From Stegostoma tigrinum (taxonomy: Eukaryota): a stretch of 64,000 bases of DNA. Numbering within the stretch: the first letter of the stretch is position 1; every line of letters begins with the position of its first letter. The notes beneath the pieces are model-generated. The model searched no databases and had not been told where the DNA came from. It was given only the letters and a program-made list of their open reading frames with translations. Positions 24,200 through 36,755 of the stretch are shown piece after piece. Location of the stretch: positions 35,019,073 through 35,083,072 of the forward strand of contig NC_081375.1 in assembly GCF_030684315.1 (NCBI RefSeq). The letters run 5' to 3'. Position numbers and translations under genes: made by a program.

Positions 24200-24593
24200 T
24201 CACAATAAAATGCACAAGAATGCGTTAATTGCTGTGTGACTGAAGCCATATGAACATTTCCTTAGAAGTTAGATAACTGATCAAAGCCAGTACATCTTGT
24301 CTCAAATACTTCGCGTAACTTTGCAATGTTGCTTCCTGTCTTAAATGTGGTATGTAAGTCCAAACTCTGGTTTTTTTTTGGTATTGTGATATTCTGTGCT
24401 TCAAAATGTGAATCAGTCTGATACCGTTCACTGTAGTTGTACCCCTGTCAGTGTGGGACCTGGGATGCATATCCACTTAGCTACTGGAGAATACAATAAC
24501 CCATGAGAGATTTCTGTATACTAAATCCAGAATATATCATTATTGATAAGTTGAATTACCATTGAATGATACTTTTAAATCTTGTTCCTACAG

Positions 24594-24758
24594 TTTGTGC
24601 TGAAACATAAAATGTTTTCCCATCTTCGCGAAATGAAAGAGTTTCCTAACAGTCTCATTCCTTGTAAGGAGGAGTCCATGGAACTGGTAAAATCCATGAT
24701 TGACCAGATCATGGCAGTACATAAAGACTTAAAATGGCTGCACGTTGGATCTGATGAG
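24594..24758 (+). CDS. HEXD: HEXD coding exon 4 (catalytic HxGxDE)
   Basis: FVLKH..HLREMKEFPNSL..MIDQIM..WLHVGSDE; 165 nt. Confidence 0.97.
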
Positions 24759-24890
24759 GTACTGCAACAATTACGTGGGAGATTTGATGAGCAGTTTACA
24801 AACATATTGTGTGTCCACAGGACACTAAGTTAATTGTGTGGTGTTTACATTTTCTGAAATAAAAATTGTTTTTTTCTATGTTATCTTTAG

Positions 24891-25074
24891 GTTTATCATC
24901 TTGGTGAAAGTGAAGAATCTCAGAAATTACTTGCACAAACCCAAAATACTGTAGACAGCCTGTTTCTGTCTCATGTGAGAGCTGTTGCAAATTACATCGT
25001 CACTAGCTACCCTAATGTGAAACCCATCGTTTGGGATGACATGCTCCGGAACATCAGTGAAGAGAAACTTAAAG
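24891..25074 (+). CDS. HEXD: HEXD coding exon 5
   Basis: VYHLGESEES..FLSHVRAVA..PIVWDDMLR; 184 nt. Confidence 0.97.
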
Positions 25075-25324
25075 GTATTGTTGCTTTTTCAGTGACACCA
25101 TTTAAACTAAGACAATGAAAAGGAAAGCTACGCTTTGTTTTAAGTTCAGCTTTTCAGATGACCTGATTCCCAGCACAGTGCGCATGGTGTAGATCAGTTG
25201 AAACATTGAAACCCCACAATAGGTTCAAACCAGTTTGTATTCTTAAGCAAATTCTTTATTTTAATTTTTTTTTATTTTTAATGTCGATCTTATTTAAACA
25301 TTTTTCCTTTTGTATCCCATTTAG

Positions 25325-25396
25325 AATCCATGTTGAGTCAATTTGTTGAACTGATGATTTGGGAATATAATGCCAATTTTAAGGTAGATGGCATGA
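25325..25396 (+). CDS. HEXD: HEXD coding exon 6
   Basis: SMLSQFVELMIWEYNANFKVDGM; AG/GTAAGT, 72 nt. Confidence 0.93.
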
Positions 25397-25861
25397 GTAA
25401 GTAAATATGCTTTGTTTTTGATATCTATAACCATTCATGGAAGTTTGAAATTAACCATGCAGTTTTTGGCATTTTTCAGGATCGCAGAAAGATCTCACGA
25501 TCTGGTACTTTTGTATATTACTACACTTGTTTTAGTAGAAGCAGTTCAAAATAAAGTCAAGCTGTACAAATCTTATTTGTAAATTAATAAGCTCATGCAT
25601 CTGGTAAGACAAGACATTCCTTTAACTTTGTATCTTGTCAGAATGTATCACATGGCAATGTATCAAAAACAAAATTGATTTAGGATGGCTATATTATTAT
25701 AAAAAGGAGTTCACAGAGGGTATTGAATTAATTTTCTGCACCAAGAAATACAAACTATTTCTACAGAGTGCTTCCACTGTTAATCTTTTGAAGAGCAAAA
25801 TACTGCAGATACTGGAACCTGATATAAAGTCACAAAATGCTGGAAATCCTCCAATAGCATC

Positions 25862-26550
25862 TTTAGTGCATAGTTCCTTGAAAGTGGAGTCACAGATAGA
25901 TAGTGTGGTGAAGAAGGCGTGTGGCATGTTTGCTTTCATTGGTCAGTGCATTGACGATAGGAGTTGGAAGTCATGCTGCAGCTGTGCAGGGCATTGGCTA
26001 GGCCACTTTTAAGATACTGTGTTCAATTCTGGTCTCCCTGCTATAGGAAAGATGTTAAACTTGAAATGGTTCAGAAAAGATTTACAAAGGCTATTGCTGG
26101 GATTGGAGAGTTTGAGATATAGGGGCTGAATAGGCTGAGGCATTTTCCCCTGGAATTTGGGGGGCCGAGAAGTGATCTTTATAGAGGTTTACAAAATCAT
26201 GAAGGGCATGGGTAGGGTGAATAGCCAAGGTCTTATTCCCAGGGTAGGGGAATCCAAAACTAAAGGGCACAGTTTTAATGTGAGGGGGGGAAAGATTTAA
26301 AAGGGACCTCAGGGGCAGCTTTTTCATGCAGAGGGTGGTACGTGTCCGGAACAAGTTGCCAGAGGAAGTGTTGGAGGCTGGTACAATTACAACATTTAAA
26401 ATATATCTGGATAGGTACATGAATAGAAAATGTTTAAGAGTGATATGGGCCAAATGCTGGTAAATGGGACTAGATCAATTTAGGATATCTGGTCAGCGTG
26501 GATGAGTTAGGAAGAAGGATCTGTATCTGTGCTAGGATCTGTATAAGTCT
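25862..26550 (+). mobile_element. CR1 LINE 3' fragment
   Basis: VHSSLKVESQIDSVVKKACGMFAFIGQ and a CR1 tail. Confidence 0.85.
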
Positions 26551-27143
26551 GAGTAGGACTTGTGAGAGAAAATGCTTACATTATTGTCCCCTTCTGATTG
26601 CATTTGTCTTTTAAAAAAATATCAGTTTTCTTCTTTCCCTGCACTAACCTTTATCCAATCTCTCTACTCGCTCAAACACTTGTGACATTTCTGACTTTTT
26701 CCAATTATGATCAAAGGTCATTAACCTGAAATTGTAACTGTTTATTTCTCTCCTGTTGTCAGACCTTCTGAGTATTTTACACTTTGATATATCATTATGC
26801 ATGGATTTTAAAGTGTAAAGTTAAAATTACTTTTACGATGTTTAGTACAATTTAATGATTTATGCATTTTGGTACATTTTCACTGACTTTGAAAATAAAT
26901 GAACCTCTTGGAGGTATGATTTCTGATGGCACTTGTAATAACAATACCTAATTTGTAATAAGAAATGTCAGTCACCCAGCAGTATCTGAAGTCATCATCG
27001 TACATGTTGTAATTGGCTGAGAACAGTTTTCCCTCAATAAGATTTCATGCTTGAAGATTTTAAAAATTTGTTTTCATATATGCAATTAAAATAAGACAAG
27101 TTATGTCTCATAGACTGATGATATTCTGTTTTTGTTCACTAAG

Positions 27144-27345
27144 TGCTTCAAATTCAAAAATACCAACGCTCTGGATTTTCTCATATGTGGTTTGCAAGTG
27201 CGTTTAAAGGATCCACTGGTGCAGCTCAGTCGCTAACACCCATTAGCTATCACTTAGCCAATCACCTGCAGTGGCTGAAGGTGGCAGAAGCTCTTTCAAG
27301 GGACTTTATACAGTTACATGGGATAGCACTCACTGGTTGGCAGAG
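27144..27345 (+). CDS. HEXD: HEXD coding exon 7
   Basis: IQKYQRSGFSHMWFASAFKGSTG..NHLQWL..GIALTGWQR; AAG acceptor, 202 nt. Confidence 0.96.
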
Positions 27346-27727
27346 GTATGTGAATTTGGGAAAAGGTTCATGAATGTGTTGCATTTTCACCACAGTCTAA
27401 TAAGTACACTTTTCATCCTTTTTGTTTAATTGTTCAGTTTATCTTTTCAGTTGATTTATTTTTACAGTCGAATAATGTTAAGGTATGAAATGAATCTAAA
27501 GGGCAAACAGTAGTTTAACAAATACATTTGGGTTGAAATTCCATTGAACAATATTAGTAAATATATTTGTACATAATTCTGCTGTCTACTATTTCAAAGT
27601 GCTCGACTCTTAACGAGCTAACCAAGTCACACAATTGTGCCAATTAGAATTGGGCAACAAATGCTGGCTTTGCCAGCGATCCCACATCCCATGAACTAAA
27701 TTTTAAAAAAAGCATTCAGCTGAATAT

Positions 27728-27775
27728 TGTGAGGCTGGATGAACACAGCAGGCCAAGCAGCATCTCAGGAGCACA
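27728..27775 (-). mobile_element. 48-bp family A Penelope-terminus insertion with TSD
   Basis: tgtgaggctggatgaacacagcaggccaagcagcatctcaggagcaca flanked by attcagctgaatat(tgtga) at 27714 and 27776. Confidence 0.8.
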
Positions 27776-28101
27776 ATTCAGCTGAATATTGTGATTGGCT
27801 CCACTTCCAAATGGTAATGAGAGGAACTTTGTATACTTGCATCAATGCTGTCTTCTGTACAAATGGATGCAATTTTGGTTGTCTGAAGAATCAATTTTAT
27901 TCCCAGATTATTGTGCATTTTACAGTTATATAAAAACAAAGCATTTAAAGAGACAAGTAATAGCAATTTGCAAAAGCATAGCATTGCTGTAATACACTTG
28001 CATCTGATAACATTTCATGACATAATATCTGGATCATTTTTATTATTTGTTGACTGTGATTAATGTTGATGTTTCCAAGAAGTAGGAAAATTTATCTATG
28101 C

Positions 28102-28956
28102 TGTGATGTAAATGTGTGATTTATATATAACTTAGTAACATTTATCTTAGAGTTTGTGCTTTGAATTCGTGGCATGTAGATTTGGTCTGTGCCTATGAAG
28201 GTGTTTTAGTGTTACCTTGTATTTCAGTAGCCATGACAATTTCTTTTAAAACACAGTATGATGGAGAGTATTAGGGTTTTGTTTATCTTGTAAGAGTTTT
28301 ACAAACAAAGTAAACAATGGTTATTAGGTTTCAGTTAGACAATTCTAGATTTGTTTTTAGATTACAGGAAACACCCATAGCTTGAAGAAAGTCCTATTGG
28401 TTCTGGTTTGCAGAGATCTTGGCTTCAGCTGAACATGTAGGACAGTTTCTACTAAAAAAGGAAATTGGTTCAGACCTGTTCAGAAATAGGTTAACTCAAT
28501 GGAAGGAATTTAGTTTGAAATTTTCAGACCAGAAGTGATCAGTTAAAATTCTGAAGGGGTTATTTGTAGCTTAGAAAGTTAAAGATTCATTGTAGAAAGA
28601 GGCCATTAGGTTCTCAAGACTGAGAATTGGAACCATAGTTAGTTCAAGCCATATAAATGTGATAGAGAAGAGAATTTTTCAAGGTGCGATTATTGTAAAG
28701 ATATACAATGGGAATTAATGAAATTGTGTTTTACTATGTGTTTTGAAATTATTAAACTTTCTTTATATGTAACTAGTTTGGTTTATTCTTATTTTTTTTT
28801 TGTGCAATAAACTAATTTTATTTTTAAAAGCCAGATCTGTGATATTGCATGTTTGTTTCAGTGATAGACCATGTCACTAACACAAAAGAAACTGGTAAGC
28901 TAGATTTCAGTTGGTATCTGACTTGTCTAGTAATAACATCAACTGGGATCGTAACA
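28102..28956 (+). mobile_element. Candidate solo LTR
   Basis: TGTGATG...CGTAACA ends, ATGC 4-bp flanking duplication (28098-28101 and 28957-28960), AATAAA at 28806. Confidence 0.5.
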
Positions 28957-29564
28957 ATGCATAAATCCTGGTTCCTTATTTTTCGCAGTTTCTTCAGACT
29001 GATGCAGAAGTTAGCTATTTTTAAGTGAAGAACCTTATTGTAGGCTATTGGCAAAACTGGTTATATTTTTTCAAAACAGCAATTAAGCTATTTGAGACAC
29101 AGTAAAGAATAATTTCATTGTCCCAACAGAGAGCTACATGAATGGCAAAGATCACCCTGCTCTTTTCACTCTCACCCTTGCTGGGCTTTGCCTGTCTGGC
29201 CCTGGTGATGTCATTCCCATCTACTGCTCCTCTATGACCTTCAGCTTCATTCTTGCCTCTGGATTGCTGTTGTCATGGCAGTGGCTGCCACTCCCAGTGG
29301 CTGTGCTGTCTCTGAAGAGCTGCTAGCCCTCTACTCTTGAGAGCGAAGTCCCCTTCGTGAAGGCTCTGGGAACCCTGACAGATGGCAGGGGAGTACCTGA
29401 ATAGGATTTAATCCCCTTGGGGCACCCAGCAACAACAGTGACACTGTTGTCTCACTGTATCCAGGTGGTGAATGGAGGAATTAAATTCATCACAAGATTG
29501 GAAAAACAAAGTAGACACAAAAAAAGCGATAATTCTTTCCATATTTTTTGGGTTTTTTTTCTAG

Positions 29565-29647
29565 ATATGATCATTTCTCCGTTTTATGTGAGCTACTTCC
29601 TGTGGGACTTCCATCCTTGGCTGTTTGTCTGCAAACTCTGAAAAATG
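29565..29647 (+). CDS. HEXD: HEXD coding exon 8
   Basis: [27 protein letters not shown]; 83 nt. Confidence 0.97.
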
Positions 29648-30359
29648 GTAAGGCATATTATATCTAAAATACTTGAAGATCTTCTAACAACCGTTGGCTT
29701 TCAAAGTTCTTCATTGTAAAGACCTTGCCATCTGATCTGCAATTGTTTGCCCATGTCCACACAGGGAATGAGTTGCTTTCCAAGGATAGATTATTAAATG
29801 TTGATCATTAGGAATGACGTATGTTCATCATGATATAATTACTGGTTCTTTATTCAGAATGAACAGCTCAGGTAACGCACTGTTCTAGGCTACATTTATC
29901 TGAGTTGCAAGCATAAGCTGTGGACTAGTAATTCTCTATTATCCTTGTATAGATTTTAACACCTTTAAGTAGACTTACAAAGGTTGCCAGTCCCACCAAC
30001 TGCCAGTGCTGTTTCAATCCTGGTTACTTTGGAAAGTGAAATAAATTTATGAGGAAGCCATCAACAACATACATTCCGTACCAGACATTTACAACTTAGC
30101 AAGTTAGCCCTTAACGTAGGACCACCTCAAATTTAAGGTACATATTTAGCAACAGTAAGGTTGGGAGCATGTTAGCACAAGAAAAGTACAATAACAATGA
30201 ACAAATGAAGGCAAAGCTGCATTAGGCGAACTGTGAGACCAGGTTAATAAATAGGTCAGTAGACTTAGTCGTAGATTTTTAGGAGATCTTTAACATTCTT
30301 TGCAGTGGATTATCCCCTGAGAAAGAAACACTGTTTGAGAAAAATGGATCTTTATTTTG

Positions 30360-30672
30360 TTCATTTATTGCCCATCCTTATTTGCCCAGAAGGCTGTTAA
30401 GAGTCAACCATATTGCTATAGGTCTGGAGGTGCATGTAGTCCAGACCAGGTAATGATGGCAATTTCCTTCCCTAAAGGACATTAGTGAACCAGATGGGTT
30501 TTTCCAACAATCAAAAATGAATTCACAGTCATCATTAGACCCTTAATTCCTGATATTTATTGAATTCAAATTCCAACATCTGCCAGAGCAGGATTCAAAC
30601 CCAGCTCCCCAGAACGTTATCTGGGCCTCTGGATTAACAGTCCAGAGATAATACCACAGGCCATTCCCTCCC
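30360..30672 (-). mobile_element. tRNA-derived SINE
   Basis: Homologous to 9005-9362. Confidence 0.75.
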
Positions 30673-30799
30673 CTGGAGCTAAATGAGGAAGATAAGGTTG
30701 ATTTTACTTTGAAAGAAGCACTGTAAAGTCTGAAAAGCTGGAGGCTAGGATAGACTGTTAGAACAAGCAAAGAACAAACACCTCTGCTTTCTGCCTCTA

Positions 30800-32420
30800 T
30801 CATATTTTTGGAGTGTGGGAAAAAGTTGAATAGCGGTATAAAAATAGATAGTAAAAGTTATTACAAATATTTGAATAGGAAAAAGGGGAGTATTTATTGT
30901 CCAGAAAAAGTGTCTGAGGAATTCATGATAGAAAATAAAGAAGTGGTAAAGATTTTGAACAGGTATTTTATGCCTTGCCTCAGCCAAAGCTAATTGAAAA
31001 TCAAAACAGTCCCCAGTGGATAAAGGGAAGCCAGTAGATGTGCTGTACTTGCAGTTATAAAAAGTGTTTGATAAAGTGTCACATTAAACATAACTGCACA
31101 CGAGCACATCATAAAGGGAGCAACATAATAAAATATATCAAGGAAGAATAGAGCATTGGTAAATTATTCTTTTTCAGGTTGACAGGCTGCAGCTAGTGGA
31201 GTGCCATAGGGATCAGTGCTGGATCTTCAGATATTTACAATCTTAATCAATGACTTGGAATAATGAGACATAGGTGGTTAAATTTGCCAATGACACCAAG
31301 ATACATAAGAGGATAAGTAGTCAAGAAGAGGTAGAGTCTGCAAAGGACAATAGATTGGACAAAGGACAAAGTTAATCAGCAAAGAATTTTGGCACATCAA
31401 ATATAATGCAAGTAAATATGAACTTGACTGTTTTGACAGGAAGAATAGAAATGTGGTGTTTAAATGGAAGGAGATTGCAGAACTAAGTGGTACAGAGGGA
31501 GCCAGGTATCCTTTTACATGAATCGCATAATGTTAATGTATAGGTACAAGAAATGATTGTGTAGGCAAATGGAATATTGGCCTTTATTGCAAGGTGATTG
31601 TACCATTACAGTGGGAACTTAATTGCAGTCACACAAGGTACTGTTGAGACAAAACTCTGGAGCAGGGTGTACAGTTATGAACGAACTCCTTATTTGATTT
31701 AAAAAAAAATGTTTTAGATGCAGATTAGAGAATGCTGACTCATTCCTGAAAGGATGAAAGGCTCACGATATGAAGAAAAGTCGAACACGTTTAATCTGTG
31801 TCCATTAGCATTTAGATGAATGAGAGGTGATCTTTTTGATGTGTAAGACCATGAGGGACTTTTTGGGTGGGTACACAGGGAATTTCTTTTTACTTTGAGA
31901 GAGATTAAAACCAGAAGACATTGTTTAAGAATAAGTGATCTCACTTTTAAAACAGAGATGAAGAGAATTTTGCTCTCAAAGTGCATTAGAATGTGAAATT
32001 CTCTTCTGCAGACATTAGTAGAGGCTGGTTTATTAAAGTATTCAGGGCTAAGTTAGATAGATTTTTGATAGACAAAGGAGCAATGGGTTATAGGCAGCAT
32101 TCGGGAAAGTGGAGTTGAAACCGCAGCCAGATCAGCTATAATCTTGTATCAGAGATAATGGGAACTGCAGATGCTGGAGAATCCAAGATAACAAAGTGTG
32201 GAGCTGGATGAACACAGGAGGCCAAGCAGCATCTCAGGAGCACAAAAGCTGACGTTTCGGGCCTCGACCCACCTGATGAAGGGTCTAGGCCTAAAACGTC
32301 AGCTTTTGTGCTCCTAAGATGCTACTTGGCCTGCTGTGTTCATCCAGCTCCACACTTTGTTATCTCAGCTATAATCTTATTGAATGATGGTGCAGGAGTG
32401 AAGGGTCAAATAGCCTACAC
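30800..32420 (+). mobile_element. CR1 LINE, old and decayed
   Basis: agtggagtgccatagggatcagtgctgg (SGVPxGSVL), aaatttgccaatgacacc (KFAxDT) and a CR1 tail. Confidence 0.75.
32146..32364. mobile_element. Fold-back Penelope-terminus element (family A), 14-bp TSD
   Basis: tcagctataatctt at 32132-32145 and 32365-32378; CTGATGA at 32273 with GAAA mutated. Confidence 0.9.
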
Positions 32421-33658
32421 CGCATATTATTAATAGAATGTATTATGTAAATAATAATTTTCTTACAGCAAGGATTTAAGTCCCACAGCATTTTCTTCCA
32501 ACCAAACTCTGAATTTTCCTTTGCCTTTTTAATCAATGACTTACATATTTTCTGTTTTTGCAACGGCATTAACTACAAAATTTAAACACAACTTACTCCT
32601 TTCAACATTTTTCATTTTATGCGTATCCTCATTATGAAACAATCTGCATTTCTACCAAAGCCTAGCTCATATGACAAACGAATATATATCAATTAAATAC
32701 ACTATTCTAAAAGTGTTATTTAAAGTATGCTTTAGTTGACTACACCTTCAACCTAAAACCTTTCCTCACATGTTTATGTACAGTGCTTCAAAGATGCAAT
32801 ACGTGCATTATTGCTTCCATGACAGTCAACAGAGTAGAGTAAAATACATTTCCGTTAAATAATAGGAACTGATTGTGTTGCAATTTGCCTGTGAGTGAGA
32901 CTAAATGAACTGTACACAAGCTTCTGTGCTGCAGAAGCAATTTTGCAGTCTCGACGGGACTTAAAAATCAAGCAGCTTATAATGAGTGATATAAAACAGA
33001 TCCTGACTTATTTTTACTTTGTGCACACTGTAACATAAGATAAAAGTAACATTTTCCCTTTAATTGTAAGCTAGCAATTGACTGACAAGATTTGGAGGAT
33101 AATTGGATGAATGAGAAAAGCTAAACTGTGTTGCTCCAAACCATAACACTAACGCATTGACAAAGTTGGAAACACAATCATGGGGGGAAAACAAAAGAGT
33201 AGGGTCTGGAGAGCCCCTGACTGTCAGCATCCTCAGTGCTGCTGAAGAACAATTTCAACTTCAAGCATCCAAACAAATAAATATTTGTCATAGCATCTAT
33301 ATCATGTTCTTTCCTAGTACAAAGGCAAGGTCTTTGGTATATTGTGCAACATATTATTTGGTGCAACATATATTTAGAATTATAGCAAGTGTGGGAGCCT
33401 GAAATGGACCATGGAGAACTACACAGCCTATTGTCAGATTTGAAAATGCCTTCCACTTTTAGATGGCTACACAAGGGGATTTTTGTTATACTCTCACTGT
33501 TCGGCAAACATGACTTTTAGGCGAATTTCGTACTTATAGAATTAACTCAAATCAAATTGTTTGAAACTGGCTGGAATGTTGCTCAAAGTTTTTTCATTTT
33601 GTAAAAGAATCGTTATTACCCCTTACTTTAAAACAAACCTTTTTGTGTTTCAAATCAG

Positions 33659-33734
33659 GTGTGTTCTCTGAAAAGGAAGAGGACTTTGTGAAAAAATGTC
33701 TAGGATTCAAAACATTGAGAGTTAACTTCATAAG
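33659..33734 (+). CDS. HEXD: HEXD coding exon 9
   Basis: GVFSEKEEDFVKKCLGFKTLRVNFI; AG/GT, phases 1/2 fit the neighbouring exons. Confidence 0.88.
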
Positions 33735-35700
33735 GTAACTGGCCAACAGACTTCATTCGAATACGCTGTTTCATTTCAAATACAGTAAGAAAATGTGAAA
33801 AATTAATTGTTAGCGACAATAATATATATGTGTGAAAAGTTACATCTTTCCCCTGATTTGACTTTAAAATTAAATTCACATAATTCATTAATGCTCCAGC
33901 AAACTCAAAGAGGCTAACATACGAACATCTATTATGAGAGAGACTTTTTTTTAAATTAAACTTGGGGGTGTAGATTTGCTATGATCTTACCAAAGCCTGG
34001 ACTTGCAATTTTGAGTTGGAGCCTTTTAATTTTGACTGGCGTGATTAAAAGATGGTTCAATAAGATGGTTTTTTGGTTATGAGGGCTTATGAAAAGACAG
34101 ATTGGTGTAATGATGTATTAGCCTCACTGATCAATAAGGTGATAACAAGAGAGCATAAGTTCAAGTCGATTACAAAAGAAATTAAAAAGGACCTAGTAAA
34201 ACATTTCAACATGGATGGTGATTAGGATTTGTAACTTTCTGCTAATAACAAAAAAAAATCAGACCCAAATGAAAGTTGTTTTAACATGGAACAGTGCTTG
34301 AAACTCTTTCATTTGGCACAAGATTTGCTACAAATTTCTGCTTAAGTGAATCCATTAATTACTTTAGAATAGAGCCAGGTGGTTGCTTGATTCAGAGTAA
34401 TATGAGAGTGGGTAAATAACCAAGAGAGTGAGAATAGAGAAGATGCGTCACTGAGAAAGATGTCTACACAGAGGTGGTAATTGAAATATGAATAGAATAT
34501 TTTACAGTTCTGAAGGTGCAGCTGATCTTTAAAAGTCATTCTGAATGAAACAAAAAGTTGATTATTATTATTAGAGCCAAAACAGGAGTTCTGGTCTGAT
34601 TATTCGACTTGTTTCAGTGTGTTGGAAGTTTGCAGTGATTTTAAAAAAAACTTGAGCTAATGAGGTTTAGGGCTGGATTTCCATTTCCAATTGGCAGGTT
34701 TGAAGGCTGTGGGAGTGGTGCAGAAAACCAAGAAGCTGGCAGGTCTGCTCCCAACCCTGGTCACCAGCCAGCTAGTGGGCGCCCACTCAATCAATGCCCA
34801 CTTAAGGGACTTAACTGCCACTTCTGGGAATTACCTGGTGGCAGCGAGGTCCATGTGGCCCACTCAGCACGTTTCCTTGCACGAGCTGTGTCAGGCAGGG
34901 AGGGTGCGCGAGTGGTCCTTCTTTAATGCATGCACTGGGCACACCAAGGACCCTCCCCAAGTGTTAATACCCACCAAGCTAATGCCAGCCCTTCTTGAAC
35001 TCTAGCACTGCCTCTCTCCCTCGCCAGGGTCTGGCAAGATTTTTACACACGTGCAAAATTCTGACCCATCTCGGCTCATCTCCTCAGATCCACAGTGCAG
35101 TACTCTCTGGTGGTGTTCATTTTTGGAGATGGGCTGTGAGGGGGTGAAAGTGCCATTTCAGACCTACTGACTATGGTCTGCCATTTCTCTGGTAGATGTC
35201 ATCCCCTTCCCTCCCCACTGCCCCCACTACCCCCACCACCCCCACCCCACCCCATCCAATTCCCCACAACTTCCCGCTCCCCACCCCCATACCAAAGCCT
35301 AATTTGTGAACTTTGATTTGGATTGGGGACTGACTGTAGTCCCCTGTAAAATCCCATTCAAAAATCATAGCTCTAAAATGTGAAAAACATTTGATAATGT
35401 TGCAGTTTGCCATTGAACAAAGTCGCAATAATGGTCTTCTGCCAAGTAAGATTGGTCAGTTTCTTTAAACACTTTTACAATGAACCATCTTGCACCGATT
35501 TCAGTAGAAGAGAGTCCAGGACCTGCTACACAAAAAAAGGTATAGTAATTATATTCCTGAACTCTTGCTACATCATATCAATACAATGCAGTATTAATTA
35601 GAAGCAGGACAAATTTATTGTAAAGAAATAAGACTTGACAAAAAAGTGAGTGCCGGCTAAAAGTTTAAATTTATTGGAAGCCATTGTGTTTCTCTTTCAG

Positions 35701-35805
35701 CACTGAAGATGCAGGCAGTTTTCCAGGCAGTGATATATTCAACCGTGTGACTCAAATAATCACCTACCTGCAGGAATCTGTTGATAAACTCCTTGAAGAA
35801 AATAT
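35701..35805 (+). CDS. HEXD: HEXD coding exon 10
   Basis: TEDAGSFPGSDIFNRVTQI..SVDKLLEEN; 105 nt. Confidence 0.95.
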
Positions 35806-36340
35806 GTAAGGGTTGGACCTTTGTTTTTTTTAATTCACACACATTGGCAGTGAACACATTGACGGAAACAGTGTAAACTGTAGCACCTTTATTTTCTTGG
35901 CAAGTTTAAGGTTTGAGGTTTCAGGCTGGTGGATTCTTTGGGGAGGTGGAATTTCTGTCCCATCACAAGAATACCTTCTGACCCTGACCAAGTTTCTGAA
36001 TGATTAACTGCATAAAAAATGTGGGACCTGGAGCCTTCACTGGTGCATTCCACCAGACTGTGGCTGGACTCCTGCTGAAGCCTACCCCAGGGAAATGTGG
36101 CTGCCCAGCTGCCTTTTTTGAAAAGGAATTTTTAAGATCTGTTCCTGAGGCTTAACATAGCATCACTCTTTGAGCAGTTTTCCCACATTCTTCTTGTGAC
36201 TTTTTTGCCCAAGATCATCTCTGATGATCACAAAATAGAGGATGCTGGGTCCTACGTTTACAACTGCTTGCAATGTAACAACATTGTAGATAACAAAAAG
36301 CATAAAGTATGTTTCAACCCTCCTACTTTTTCCTAATTAG

Positions 36341-36430
36341 ATACATAAAAGGATGGTTCAGTAATTACCACAGAAAGAGGAAATTTGTTCACCCCAGTAT
36401 AATTCAGCATTTTGAAGGAGAAGTCAGAAG
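36341..36430 (+). CDS. HEXD: HEXD coding exon 11
   Basis: [24 protein letters not shown]; 90 nt. Confidence 0.96.
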
Positions 36431-36580
36431 GTATGTGTGCAATAAGTGTGATAATTTTACATAATCGTCAAACATCTTGAAGTTCTAATTACTGGGCCGT
36501 GAACTAAAAGTGCAACACAACAGTTGTCTGATTGAAGTGATTGCTGTGATGGCTAATATTGGCTAATGACCCCCTTCTAG

Positions 36581-36755
36581 GGTCCATGCTCACTGGAAGG
36601 CTGGTGTAGGTGAGCTGAGTGCAGCGCTGGAGAAAATCTATTATCCAGATACTGTGGAGGAGTGGCTAGAAGAACATGTCCATCCAACCTTGACAAAGTT
36701 GCAACTGTTTGTGAAAGACATGGATGAAACTTTGGCATCAGAGCATTTGAAATAA
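36581..36755 (+). CDS. HEXD: HEXD last coding exon
   Basis: ELSAALEKIYYPDTVEEWLEEHVHPTL..EHLK-TAA; summed CDS 1485 nt, 494 aa, open throughout. Confidence 0.96.

Noticed and set aside
34660-35290. GC-rich ORFs and a C-rich tract (possible G-quadruplex on the minus strand)
   Set aside because: No recognisable protein; it looks like a decayed intronic repeat and low-complexity tract with no evidence of function.
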